From Bugula neritina (taxonomy: Eukaryota > Animalia > Bryozoa), in contig OZ037766.1 in NCBI GenBank assembly GCA_964035545.1, forward strand, positions 30,804,773 to 30,868,772: a stretch of 64,000 nt of DNA, written 5' to 3'. Positions 27,801 to 42,200 of the stretch are shown piece after piece. Every line of letters starts with the position of its first letter. Position 1 is the stretch's first letter. The notes below the pieces were generated by a model. The model saw nothing but the letters and a program-made list of their open reading frames with translations. It ran no database searches and had not been told where the DNA came from. A program made the translations under genes and the position numbers.

Positions 27801-30800
27801 GAGTGCTGGGAGAAGCATGACCTGTTTGAACCACCTGGCAGCATCTTGCTGACGCTGCTGCCTCAAAATATTACTGTTGTGAGACAAGTCAGTTTCGTGG
27901 CTACTCGGTATGTTAAGAACTTGAATATCACTTGCCGAAATTTATATGTTAGAGCAACTTTGCTAGTTTATTGTGTAATAAATAAATTCGAATTACCAAA
28001 CCCAGACTTCTTCAATATATGTAGCATCAGCATTGCTAGAATTTTGCAAATTTTAATGTTTACCAAAGTGGAATTAAGGTTTTTTTTAAATTTTTCTTTT
28101 CCAATATTGATTTTTTAGACTCAAATTACCTTTCAAAATGAGAGTAAAACAAGGTATAAATATAATGTTGTTGATTATATAAAGTACAATTGAATAAATT
28201 TACATCATTTGTATCATTATAATCAGATTGACAAAAAATCTCTAGAATGCTATAGCAGATAACACAAAAGTTCTGATTCTAACAGTGTAATCTATTCTTC
28301 TATAAAACTTCTCAATATATCAGGACACTATAACTTGTTGCAGACTAAGTCTAAGTTACAGCTAGCTCTGTTATACATGACTATAATAGTCTCATAAAAG
28401 TGTCTAAAATACTCTGATGGTGTTTTATCACAATTCGCATATCAAAATTTACTAAAATATCAGAAAAAACTTAAAAAAATCAAAAATACTTATAGATAAC
28501 TTTAATTGTTTAATTGTATTTAGTAATACTTTATTAGCTAATTGGCATAAAAAACCATATTATACATTAGCAACTAAATTATAAAGAATAGTTAAAATTT
28601 AGAGATATTGAGTGTGTTAAATGACCTACATGCATGTGCCTGAAATACAAACACATTTTGACACATTGACTACTTTTACTATCACTAGCACGATAACAAG
28701 AAATCCGCTGAATAGCAAAGAACGAGGAGTAAAAGTGAAATACAATGTGCCGATAAATTTTACCCATGACAGTCATGGATCTACCACCTTCGCAAGCCTG
28801 TCTGTTCTCATAAAAATAAAAAGTAAATCTGGGAAAGACTGCTGCATCTGGCAGGTCTTTCCAAAAAAAGTTGTGCAAGGTAAATCAATGTTTTATTCAT
28901 TGCATATTTCACTAACAAAGTTTTGATTAGGAATTCCGATATTTTACTAATATGTTATTTTATATACAATTTAGTTATTATAGGTTTTATATTCTAAACT
29001 TGTGATATATGCTACATTGAAATTCACAAATGTTAGCCTGACTCAATGTTACCATGCATGATCTTAAATTCAAGTGCTTCTGTACTAGCTTAATTGGTGT
29101 TTTTGAATTTATTGAGAACCATAATATTATACTAGTACTATTGATATTCTCTATTATACTCAAAATTAACTTACGCGCCTTTTGTCATAATAATAATCAG
29201 CAATACATTTTGTAGTTACTAATTTTGCTCTTCAATTTGAAGTTTTATAAACAAAATTGTTTGAATTGCATCAATTTTTATATCAATAATCTATAAGCTA
29301 AGTATGTATTCATTTTATAAATTTGTTGGCAAATAAGGAATCGTATGCACATGTTCAAAAGAAGTGTCAGTATAGCATGTTTTCTGCTTAACAAAAATAA
29401 CTACAGTGTATTAATGCACCAAACCCTTAAACAAAACCTTTGAATTGCACGAACACACGGACACATAGTAATATAAAGATCAATGTTGGTATAAACTGCT
29501 ACTTACATGCAGTTATATAGAATATAACAAGGTACTATATATTTGGAATAAGCAATGTAGTGCAAGTAGTGCAAAAACAAATAGTTGTTACTAATTATTG
29601 AAGCAATTGCTATGATGTCTAATATAAATTGCTCGTGTTTACACAAGTATAATATTATATTAATGGGATACTTCTTTTTATACTTGCGGATCATTATAAA
29701 CTCACTCCGTGAGAAACCCCTGAAGAAAAGGTTTCATTGATAACTCGGGCTAAGGAATTATTCAGATGAGATGCAGGAGCAATTATATATATGACTGGAT
29801 ATTCTTCCTAACATCAACAATGGCCTTTGTTGAGGTTCAAACCCATGACTTATTCATGTTTACTAGGCAAACAATCTGACCCCTAGATCATGGCTGCTCC
29901 TATATACTTGGATCATTATGCTTTATATAAAAACATGTACAGCCAATGAATATTTTTAGAAGAACATTTACATTTGAAAAATAACTTTAGGATATTATGC
30001 ATCCGTTAGTTGAATTAATAAAATTACATAGGACATTGTTTACTTGTTTATTTCAGAATAAGTTTTGACTTTTAAAACAAGCTTGGTGAAAAGCTATCGC
30101 ACTTGAAAGATATTTTAGTTGTTAAACCGTTTTTATTTATTTTTATGGAAAGCAAGCTGTTGACATAAAAAACCCAGCCAATTTAGTCAAAAACTTAAAA
30201 TAGGCAGTATAAAAGTTTTATGAAGGTAAAATATTTGTTTACTAAACAAGTTTCATAACACAATTACCTGTAATATTCTTTAACATTATTTCTAAATTTT
30301 ATGAACTCGTAGTAATATTAAATGGTCTCTAACAGTAGGAATTCTTCTTGAGATCAAATGATTTGCATATCAATTAGGCATTAGAATATAATTGGTTAGT
30401 TGAAATTAAAAGTTATCATATATACATAAATATCTTATACAACATTTCTACAACATCTCTCAGCTAAGCTAATTTTCTTACTTATTATTATAATTTTGCA
30501 AACAAATTCGTGCTATTACTCTGCTGCCTTACAATTATTGTAATAATATTTTAAACAAAACAGCGAAAATATAATATAACAATGAAACAGATACAATGAA
30601 ATGAAATTGAAAATGTTGTGTGATTGTAGAGATAGACAACTACGATGGAGGGATCATTTCAAGTACTACATACATGATTATAGTTCTTTCTTCACTGCTC
30701 ACTCTGTTTATGATTGCAGCGGTGAGTACAGCTTTTATACCCCATTGAAGAAGCAGATTGTATTTGAATGATTTGCAGCAGATGTTTGGTAATGGAGAGT

Positions 30801-32003
30801 GATCATGTAGGGCAATATGTTAGGCAATATTGCAAGTGCTTGTTTCAAATTGTGGGTGTAGATTGGCAGGGAAAATTGGGACATGATATGTGGCATCTGT
30901 CAGGTGACCTGTAGCATGTATAGCAATTGGCTTGTGACACATGACATGCGACAGGTGGCTTGTGACATATGACAGGTGGCTTGTAGCATGTAGCAACTGT
31001 ATGGCTTGTGACATATGACATGTAGGTTTTTGACACATATGACATGTAACAGGTGGATGGTGACATGTGACAGGTTGGTTGTGACATGTGACAGGTTGGT
31101 TGTGACATGTGACAGGTTGTTGTGACATGTGACAGGTTGGTTGTGACATGTGACAGGTTGTTGTGACACGTGACAGGTTGGTTGTGACAGGTGACTTGTG
31201 ACATGTGACAGGTGGCTTGTGACATGTGGTATGATGAAAGAAGTAGTGGATAAATCAACTATATAATATTTATCTAGTACCCGACACTAAATTAACTAAT
31301 AACAACGAAGTACTGCTATAATAGTCAAGTTATATATGATACCAGCAATAGGAAGGTTAATGTTTAGTACCATGGTGAGGGTAGTAGTGCATAAGCAAGA
31401 GTTGAGTACTTGAGTAACACTGACTTCACGTTATATGCACGTGGATGCTTGGTGATTGCGGTTTTTATGAACTTAAGGTTGCAGTTTTATTCGGTGTAAC
31501 CTTTTCCTAACATCAAATGGAGAAAACCATTTCCCATGATGCCAACCTTAAAAACATAAAGTAATAGTAGTGGTTCCAATTAGTAATAAAATAGATGCTT
31601 ATTTGTAGTAAAAACAGGATCATATGCTGTAATAGTTAGCTTAGTAAAAATAGCATTTAATAGTGATAGTGGTAAACTGTCAGAGAATGAGATTAAACAT
31701 TTTGACTACAATGAAGCTTTTTATTATTGTATGTTTTAGGTTGGAATGTTGGGTTACACAGTAATCACGGGAAAGAAGCCAAACCTACGTAAAAGTACAA
31801 CTAATTTACAAGATGCTGCTTCAAGAGAGTCAGATTGCAATAAATCTAACTGCGTATCACCAAAAATTCTCAATGATTATGTTTGCTATAACGCGAAATC
31901 TTTACGTATTGAGCCAAAAAATTCCAGCTCTAGCGACTATTTGAATGTTGGAAACATGAGTTATTGGCAGCATTCCAGTGTTATTCCGCAAACACCCAGT
32001 TGA
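21874..32003 (+). CDS. Kinase-less EGFR/insulin-receptor-ectodomain-like type I membrane protein, copy A (~739 aa)
   Basis: 13 exons: 21874-21943, 22430-22588, 23088-23294, 23457-23646, 23958-24160, 24511-24731, 25168-25298, 25600-25775, 26573-26707, 27727-27907, 28689-28879, 30630-30721, 31740-32003 (2220 nt, open). Signal MLHCLQKAKVIFFILIAVP; furin repeat CVAQCPTGY; L domain CTRVIGDIIL..SVEEITGSLVI..AFPNLKRVNG; Cys-rich CHPACKIGCAGP; TM YMIIVLSSLLTLFMIAAVGMLGYTVI; ~75-aa tail then TGA. Confidence 0.88.
26830..27227 (+). repeat. 10-bp minisatellite (ATGAGATAGT)n
   Basis: About 40 units with ATAAT/AAGAG variants, in intron 9 of receptor copy A. Confidence 0.97.
29695..29900 (-). mobile_element. 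tRNA-derived SINE with Meta-SINE-like core
   Basis: Reverse complement reads GGAGCAGCCATGATCTAGGGG..CTAGTAAACA..GTCATGGGTTTGAACC..AAAGGCCATT..GATGTTAGGAAGAATATCCAGTC. Similar TACTTG(CG)GATCATTAT sequence on both sides. Not seen in the paralogous intron. Confidence 0.7.
30880..31230 (+). repeat. Minisatellite built on TGTGACA/TGACAGGT (units such as TGTGACATGTGACAGGTTGGT)
   Basis: Directly visible; in the last intron of receptor copy A. Confidence 0.93.
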
Positions 32004-32511
32004 TAAACAATCTAAACTTTGTTTTTTAGCTATAATTGACAATTCTTAGTTTAATATATAGGCTGCCTTAGTTGTTGACATGAAGTATTTGAAACAAAAG
32101 TGTAGATTTTGAAATACGATATGTATAAATGTACAAACTTTGGACTGGTTATAATACTTATGACAAAGTATATACATAATATTTTTATAAATTTAATGCT
32201 ATAGAATATAACTGTATTGTAACATTATTATCTTAGATTGAATTTCTTAAGGTTCTTAGTTCTATTTACATCAGAGTAGCATTTCTAGTCACAAGTTTGA
32301 TGAACTGTTTATACTACTATCGTGTGGAGCATTTAGTACAACTTTTCACTAACAATAATAATTGCTCAATTACCTCTGAGTTGATCACACTTATGTACAA
32401 CAATGAAAATGCTCTATAGAACAAATATTGCAATAAATATATATTGCATATACAATCAGATATGCATAGATACATAAATCATGCACTTAAAATTCACTGT
32501 AAAAGATAACA

Positions 32512-33165
32512 ATGATGCTTTCCTGTCTAAAAAGATCAAAAGTAATTTTTTTTGTTTTATTTGCAATTCCAAATCACATTTGTGGTAAGTTTAAAAAAAT
32601 AAATTTGTTCACAGACTTACGCAATTTTTTGTAACTAACTTTAATTGTTATTTGTTATACAAGCAAGATATTGACAGTGATTTTTTTATACTAAACAAAA
32701 AATACAGTCACACTTACAGTGTTGTATAGCCACTGCCTCAGACACTGTAAGTGTGACTGTATTTTTTTTTTAGTATAAAAAAATCACTGTCAATATTTTG
32801 CTTGTAAAAGTTAATAGATCTGTTGGCTAAAATTTTGTTGAGCTCAATGGTAATTTCTTTCAATTTGATACAATTAGTATTTTTGTAGCGGTTGCTAATT
32901 TTTATTGTATTGATATTTGTTTGACTCATTTTAAAACTAATCAAAGTCACTGCAAGCTATAGCTACGTAATGTTTTCAAGCATCACAATAAAACAATTCT
33001 ATTATGCATATAATTTTAGAAAATAAATTTTTTAAATTTTTATCAAATGCATATACCAATTGCTTGCTTTTTTAGTAAAATAAACATTTTTATGAAACTT
33101 TACTACAAATTTATTAAGTAAAACTGGATCGTATAATTTTTTGTTGAATTATCCATTTGACCGCA

Positions 33166-33260
<95 letters not shown>

Positions 33261-36200
33261 GGATGTCCCAATTTCTATAGCTCTAAAGGAAATTGTTTGA
33301 GTAGCTGTAGGAAAAGCAAGCTCCGTTATAATATAGCCACTAATGAATACTACTACAACACTGAAGATGTCTACCAACACATGGGAAAACACTGCCTATC
33401 AGAATGTCCGAGTAAGTGTAACTTCTTATAAAATCTTTATGATCAGTTACTTTAGGCTTCCTTTGAAATAAGCAATCAAAACATTGATTTTCTAGTGTAT
33501 GTTATTTAGTTACTACCATCAGTTTATGAAAGAGGGACTTCAACTCACATATTTAACCAAGGTTGAAGATTGGTAGGCATACCATTGTAAGCGAAATTAC
33601 TAAATAAAACATCCAACAAAGTAGAAATCACATAAATAAATATATATATTTCTGCTATTTTTTGGTTTACATGGTCAGGAATGGGTGTTGAACAGTTTCC
33701 TGGTTTGCCTAGATTTAAAACTTTTAAGAATACTTACACTTACAGCTCATTCAGAATTGATACTTTTGAATGCAGAGTAAAGTACAAAAACTGCTTGGAG
33801 TAGTGAAAAATTACTGAATAGCATTTGCATGTTATTTAAATTAATAAAATTATTTCAAATAATGCTAGCGTGCTTTTGCAGGTGGTTTTTATGTGTATGA
33901 GAGGAGAAAATGTGTAGATCAATGCCCACCAGGCTCCACAGTGTCAGATGAACAGCCGGGCCATTGCGTGAAATGTAGCAACTGTCCAAAGTCTTGCTAT
34001 TCTCAAGAAATTAATGGAGCCATTCTTCCAAACAGTACACATTGTACTAGGGTTATAGGGGATATAATACTACCACAGGGCAAAGGTAAAATATGATTGC
34101 TTATATATTTTTGTAATTGATATAATGTCTGTAGATAATAACGGGAAATGCTAAAGGTTAGAGTAGTGTAGTGTTGACTTTGCAATGCTTATATATTTGT
34201 ATAATTGTCTGTAGATAATAACTGCAAATTCTGGAGGTTGGATTACTGTAGTATGAGATAGTATGAGATAGTATGAGATAACATGAGATAGTATGAGATA
34301 GTATGAGATAGTATGAGATAGTATGAGATAACATGAAATAGTATGAGATAGTATGAGAAAGTATGAGATAGTATGAGATAGTATGAGATAGTATGAGATA
34401 GTATGAGATAGTATGAGATAGTATGAGATAGTATGAGATAGTATGAGATAGTATGAGATAGTATGAGATAGTATGAGATAGTATGAGATAACATGAGATA
34501 GTATGAGATAGTATGAGATAGTATGAGATAGTATGAGATAGTATGAGATAGTATGAGATAGTATGAGATAGTATGAGATAACATGAGATAGTATGAGATA
34601 GTATGAGATAGTATGAGATAGTAAGAGATAGTAAGAGATAGCATGAGATAATATGAGATAATATGAAATAGTATGAGATAGTACAAAATAATATGGGATA
34701 GCATGAAACAGTACGAGATAGAAGTTTAGTAATACGTAGTATCACTGGTTTGAACACTCTTTGATATTAATAAATTAATGAGTGATGATCCAATAACTTA
34801 TTTTATGTATTTTTTCCAAATTTTTTAATAATGCTGTACATAATTATAAAAACAATTCTTTAACGTAAATTGATATAATACAAGGTGGCTAGAATATAAC
34901 TACAGTAAATCATGTAGCTGGAATGCACCAACAACTATTGGAATCAGTTGAAGAAATTACAGGCTCTTTGGTAATTCAGATTGGAAGCTGGCCAAAAGAA
35001 ACATATGCAGTCACTGCATTTCCTAACCTAAAAAGAGTGAACGGAGAAGAATTAGCGTGGGAGACGACTGTTGCATGTGACCTTGTCGGGACTTACCTCT
35101 GCAACTTGTTAGTAGTCTATATAGTAGTTTACAGTATCTTCAAATATATTCTCAAATAGACTGAGTAACCCTCTTTTAACTCAATACATTTGTAATATCA
35201 TCTTTTAATAATTTCAACTCCTAATTTCCTTTCTTCTACAAACCATGCTAGATGCCTTTGCTTAAACTAATTGATAAACTTATTGCAATAATTTTTCAAA
35301 ACAGTTAAAGCTGCAATCTATTTAGTATGATGTGCCTTGAAACTTTAACAAACCCTATCTTATATTGCACGTTAAATATTTATTACCTCATTAACTGGAA
35401 AAACCAGTTGTTATTGTCTGCAGTGGAGGAGGAGGTTATTATAGAACTCTGGTCATTTACTCTCAGACACAATCCAATTACTCAGGTCTCCATAATTTAT
35501 GGTATGTTGGTGGCTCTGTGCAACTTAGTTTCCTTAGGCTCTCTCATCCTACTAAAAGCAATTTGCGTAGAACTTTACAACTTGCTGACACTGCAACTTT
35601 AGATCTATCTGGATTCAGCCGTACAGGTAGCTAGAAAGAATTTACCTTATAACAATTGCAACATTATAACTACTAGGCTTAAACTATGCATTCTTTTTTT
35701 CAAAGTCAATGTCTTAAAGTAACTGATAGCTTTTACTGGAGAAGATTTTTACTTATCTAACAGTAAATTTTTTAACTGTTTATTTCTGCAACTATATTTT
35801 GAGTATAATTCTACTTCAATTGTGATTTCTATTTTATACAAATTTTAGCTATAAAATATATAAGTTAGTTATACTAATAATTTCATCTAAAAAAAACTAA
35901 TTATATTTAGTTCTAACAAAAAAAATTAATTTTATTGATGCCTAACATGCAGCTACTAAAAATCAGAATAGTATTTTATCATAATTTAGAGAAAGCAAAA
36001 TGTGCAGAAGAATGTGAGACAGACTGTACTGGACCTGGTGATAACCATTGTTTTCGTTGCCTTGACAACAGCTGTAAACAATGTAAAACATATAAACAAG
36101 GAGACAGGTGTGTGAAAAGCTGTAGTGGTCCCCATTACATAACTGCTGACAGACAGGAAATGGTTTGTACCAGCTGCCATCCTGCTTGTAAGATTGGCTG

Positions 36201-39200
36201 CGCAGGCCCGGTGAGTTAATGATTATGTAATCAGTGATTTTTATTGCTTTATTGATTATCATCCTAAATAGAATGTCATTTGGGAAATAAAGTTTTTTTA
36301 TTCAAATAGTTCTTATGCTTTGTTTAATTCTTTTTGTTAAACAGTAACATACATGTCCAAATTATTAAAGAATACTATTAAGGAACATTTTACCATTACA
36401 TTAAAATTTGTAATAAAAGTATGTATATTACATTTTTAATCTATAGACATAAGATTTTTTCATAGTAAACACAAAGTCATGGGTTTAAACCCCCACAAAG
36501 GCCATTAGTGGTGCTAGGAAGAGCATCCAGTCATTATTGCTTCTGTGCCTCATTTAAACAAGTCCTTAGCTGATAAGTCTCAAACCCTATTTAACAAAAA
36601 ATTTTTCCATCACAAGGGGTTCCTCACATGTATCCTGGCTATAAACTTGAGTGATATTTTTATATATGTTTATTGCGTTTGATAAAAGTTTACTGATTAT
36701 ACTTTACGTGTTGTTTGCTTAAATTATTTTTTGATAAAGTATGTTTTTTTCGAACTATAATTTGAAGACAGGATATACCTGTTTTGCAAAGTTTTTAATC
36801 ATTTTAGTTAGACACTCACTGTACAGCTTGTGACAAGTTTAAACTAAGAGAAAGGTGTGTATTGAGCTGTCCATCAAACACTGTAGCCAATGAGGATACA
36901 AGAACTTGCTTGACGTGTGCAAAAGGTTGCCAGTTTGTGTAAGCTGCCTTATTACTCATTACTAAATCAGTAGTTTCATTTTATGACTTGCTAGTGCAAT
37001 GTTTTCTGGTGATGGTTCCAGGCTCAAATGACAGAAACATATTTTACAGTATTTACCTTCGCTTAACTTCAAATTAGACAATTTCAAGTCAGCAACTATA
37101 ATATGGCAAATTGTCAACTGCATCTAAGGTTCATAAAATGATGTGGGGTTTAAATTTTGGTTCCTAGACTTAAAATTAATTTTTTTAATTCAAAAATAGC
37201 CCAATGCTTTAACTTGTATAAGAAAAATAATCACCTGTTATAGACTGTCGAAAGAGAGAGTTTACATGCTGACAATACGTGTGTCAAGTGATGAGATCAT
37301 ATCCTGGGAGTTGGAATACCACAACTTGTGCGTTGGGAGTTGTCAGCAAGTTAATTACATCGCCATGGAAACCTTTGATGATAATGGGTACAGCATACAC
37401 AAAAAACAGCTTGGTTTAGGTAAATATTAAACATGACTGCTAATGTAGAAGAATATGAGAATATAATAAAATGCTTTTAAGATCAGGTAAATTTTAATAG
37501 CATGTATACATTTTTGAAATTTGATCTTTCTAATGTATAGAAATATGTGCACCATTTTGTCGTCAGCTTTCATATTAACATTCAAGATATGAAGTAAAAT
37601 GAGTTTTTATAACACAATAAGATACTGTAAACAAATGCAACATATTACCATAAGTCACCAACTACAAATACATGTAAGCATCACAAGTACAGACTTGTTC
37701 AGAGAAGAACATTTATCGATATGAATGACTAATTATAATCATCTTTATATAGAAGAAACATAATTTATGTGGTTTTTATTTTGCTATCACAGTTTACCAG
37801 TTATTATTATAAATGTTGAGGTATTAAGTTGTAAATAATTACTAGGATTTTCTTGAATTATTTTGTCTTGCTTTGAAAAATTGACTGTAATCTAGTATTA
37901 AGATTATCTATAGATTTTAATTCATTTTCTTATTATAATAGCTGTAAAAGCCATGGTTAAACATAAACATTTTACAATGTCATTAAAATACTTTAGTCTA
38001 TTTAAAAACATGTGAAATTATAAAATGCATATGTTTTATATATAAAAATTCAATTTATATGTTAGAACTATAATATTCATGATTAATATAATTGTTTGAT
38101 TTCTGCCTATGTAAACATGCTAATTGCTATATATTACTTCATCTTGAATATGTTATACACTATGTTTTAAATCTCTAGTCAACAAGGGGTTCAACTTAAG
38201 ACACCCAGGTTTTAACGTCAAAGGAGAAAGGTTTCTTCGTGCAAAAGTTGTCATCTCGTTGGGGAGTCCAGAACAGACCCAGGTGGACAATCCGGTTTAT
38301 TTCTACCTTCCAGGTAATATATTCACACATTCTATGTATGGCTGTATGACGTCTATACATTTTATGATGTCATGAGACTGTATGTATGCGGTGTGGTGTT
38401 TATAGTTTCTATGGAGCCGTGAGAGAATATGAGATAGTAAGAGATAGTAAGAGATAGTATGAGATGATAGGAGATATAGTATGAGATAGTATGAGATAGT
38501 ATGAGATAGTATGAGATAGCATGAGATAGTATGAGATAGTATGAGATAACAAGAGATAGTATGAGATAGTATGATATAGTATGAGATAACATGAGATAGT
38601 ATGAGATAGTATGAGATATTATGACATTGTATGAGATAGTATGAGATAGTATGAGATAGTATGAGATAGTATGAGATAACAAGAGATAGTATAAGATAGT
38701 ATGAGATAGTAAGAGATAGCATGAGATAGTATGAGATAATATGAGATAGTATGAGATAATATGAGATAGTATGAGATAATATGAGATAGTATGAGATAGT
38801 ATGACATTGTATGAGATAGTATGAGATAGTATGAGATAGTATGAGATAATATGAGATAGTATGAGATAATATGAGATAATATGAGATAATATGAGATAGT
38901 ATGAGATAGTATGAGATAGTATGAGATAATATGAGATAGTATGAGATAGTATGAGATAGTATGAGATAACAAGAGATAGTATGAGAAAATGAATAAAATA
39001 ATAACTTTTATTTTATGTAAACTACATATTTTCAGAGATTAAAATTGTCATTAGCAAAGTGTGTATTAGATATAAACTGTTTTATGTGATTTAAGCCATC
39101 AAACTAAAAAACCTCCATATACTTTTTCTAACACATGCAGGTAGAAGACTGCTTATTGAACCTGAAAGTTTTGGTGCTCAAGTTTTAGCTGCCAACTCAA

Positions 39201-42200
39201 TCAATGTTATATTTGAGTGCTGGGAGAGGCATCCCTTGTTTGAACCACCTGGCAGCATCTTCCTTACCCTGGTGTCTCAAAATATTACTGTTGTGCAAAA
39301 AGTCAGTCTTGTGGCTATTCGGTATGAATAACTTGAATATCACTTGCGGGGATTTATTTTTACATTATATATAATGTAAGTTATATATATTATACATATA
39401 TTGGAAATAGTATATTATGTATATAATATATAATATATAACATATATAATATTCTTTAAAGTACACATTGGAACAACTTTGTTAGTCAATCTCCTAATAA
39501 AAAATCACAAATTACTTATCCCACAATCTTTTGGTATATGTATAGAATCAGTGTAGCTGTAATTCACAAGGTTTAATGTTTACCAAAAATAAATAAAAAT
39601 TTTCCTGAACAAGATTAAACGTTAAATGTTTTGATCTTAACCACCTTTCAAAATGACAATAAAGAAATATATATAATGTTGTTGCATACGAATATAGATT
39701 CTAACCACTTTTAACAATGAGAAGAAATGAAAGTGCATAATATTGTTGAATATATAAAACACAATTGAATAAATGTACATGGTGTGTATCGTTTTTATCA
39801 GATTGACTAAAAATCTTTATGAAAATGCTATAGCAGATAACACAAAAGTTCTGATTCTAACATTGTATATTACAGTCTTCTATAAAACTTCTCAATATAT
39901 CAGGACACTATAACTTATTGTAGACTAAGATTTAAGTGTAAGTTACAGCTATCTCTGTTACATATGACTATAATAGTCTCATAAGTGTGTCTAAAATACT
40001 GTGATGGTTTTTTATCATAATTCAAGTATCACAATTTACTAAAATGTTTCAAAACATAAAAAATCAAGCAAATTTATAAAGAATCTAATTGATGATTCAA
40101 TTATACTTAGTCATATTTTATTAGTTTAGCATAAAAGACCATATATATATATATATATATTAGGAATTACATTGTGAAAAATAGAAATATTGTGTAAAAT
40201 GACTCACATGCCTAAAATGCAAATACATGTTGACACATGACTACTTTACTATTACTATATAGCACGATAACAAGAAATCAACTGAACAGCAAAGAAAGGG
40301 GAATGAAGGTGAAATACAATGTGCCGATAAATTTTACCTACGACAGTGGTGGAACTACCACCTTTGCAAGTCCATCGGTCATCATAAAAATAAAAAGTAA
40401 ATCTGGAGAGAATTATTACGCTTGGCAGGTTTTTGCAAAAAAACTTGTGCAAGGTGAATCAATATTTTATTCCTTGTATTTCATTTTATTGAATAAATTT
40501 TGATTGAGTAATCTGATTTTTTACTACTAGCTATTTCATATACAATTTAGATTTAATTAGATAGGCTTTATATTGTAAACTTTTGCTGTGCTATATGTAT
40601 AAGCGGTAAAATTATGACACAGTTAGAACACAATTTTATGTTGCATCATCTTATATTAAAGTGGCTTTGCAATATGAGCAGCGTTTTGAGTTTACTAAAG
40701 ACTAAACCAAGTTTTATTGGTACCTTCTGATATATCCCTGGATCATTATGCTTTACAGCCCATAAATGTCTTTAGCAGAAAAATGTAACTTTAAACAATA
40801 AAATAATCGAATTAATAAAATTTTGTAGGTAAAAATAATTTCTAACACATTTTACTTGTTTATTCATTTTGAATTATTGTTGATTTTTAAGATGAGCCTG
40901 AAAAAATCCCTGCAGTTAAAAGATATTTTACTTTTCAAGCTGCTTTTATTCAAAAAATCTAGCAGAATCAGCTTTAGATTAATAATAAGCTGTATAACGT
41001 TTGTGTATGAAGCCATAATAATTATTTACAAAATAAGTTATCTGTAACTTTAATTAATATCATTTATTACATAAAACTTTAGTGTAAAAATAAATGTACA
41101 TCTAAAGCAGGTTTAAATTTGAAAATACTAATTTCCAGTGGGGGGGGGGGGGCTGGTATATGCAGAATACCTTGAATTGTACTGGAACCTGCTATAATGG
41201 CTTGCATATTAATTAGGCCTTGGAGTATATATGTCATGTTAGTTAAAATAGAATGTCATCATATATACATAACTATTGTATCAGATTTTGTATATATTGT
41301 TTTGTTACAGCCTCCCTCAGCTTATAAACTATTTTTTCAAGTTACTGCCATAATTTTACAAAGTTGGACTATATTAATGCATTGCCAAACAATTTATTTA
41401 TTTTTTAAACAACCTAGCTGAAATAAATAATAATTAATGAAATATACCATATTGTAATGAAATAAGGATAAAAGTTTTGTGTAATTTTAGAGATAGACAA
41501 AAATAGAGGGACTATTTCACCTACTACATATTTGATTATAGTTCTTTCTTCACTGCTTACCCTGTTTATGGCCGTAGCGGTAAGTACAACTTTTTATACC
41601 CTGTTAAAGAAACAGTTTGTATTTGAATGATTTGCAGCACGCAAGATGCTATGGTAATGGAGAGTAATCAACTTATTGGGCAATATGTTAGGCAATGTTG
41701 CAAGTGCTTGTTTTAAGTTTTGGATATAGATTGGAGATATAAAATGTGACATGGCATGTGGCATGTGACAGGTTACATGTGACATGTGACAGGTTACATG
41801 TGACAGGTTACATGTGACATGTGACAGGTTACATGTGACATGTGACAGGTTACATGTGACAGGTTACATGTCACATATTATTTCTGACATGCCAATGAGA
41901 CATGCAACAAATAACGTATTTCAGGTGGCAATTGTGACATGGTGAATGAAGTTATGTATAGTGGAAAAAATCTATATAACTAATACATGACACTAAATAT
42001 TGAAAATTTAGCTGATAACAAAGAAGTATAACTGCTTATATAGTTGAGCATTGATATCAGCAACAGGAAGGTTTATGATTGCTAGCATGGTGAAAGTAGT
42101 AACGCTTGAGTAACAGTTATAGTACTTGAATAACATTGAGTTCTATGACTTCTATGACTTTCTATGCATTATGAATAGATAATGGATGCTTGGTGGTTGT

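Noticed and set aside
30820-31258. Cys/His-rich ORFs (CHMSQ/VTCH repeats) resembling metal-binding proteins
   Set aside because: Three overlapping frames generated by the TGTGACA minisatellite.
26830-38986. Regular repeats as a possible CRISPR array
   Set aside because: Head-to-tail units with no unique spacers, no cas genes, and eukaryotic spliced context.
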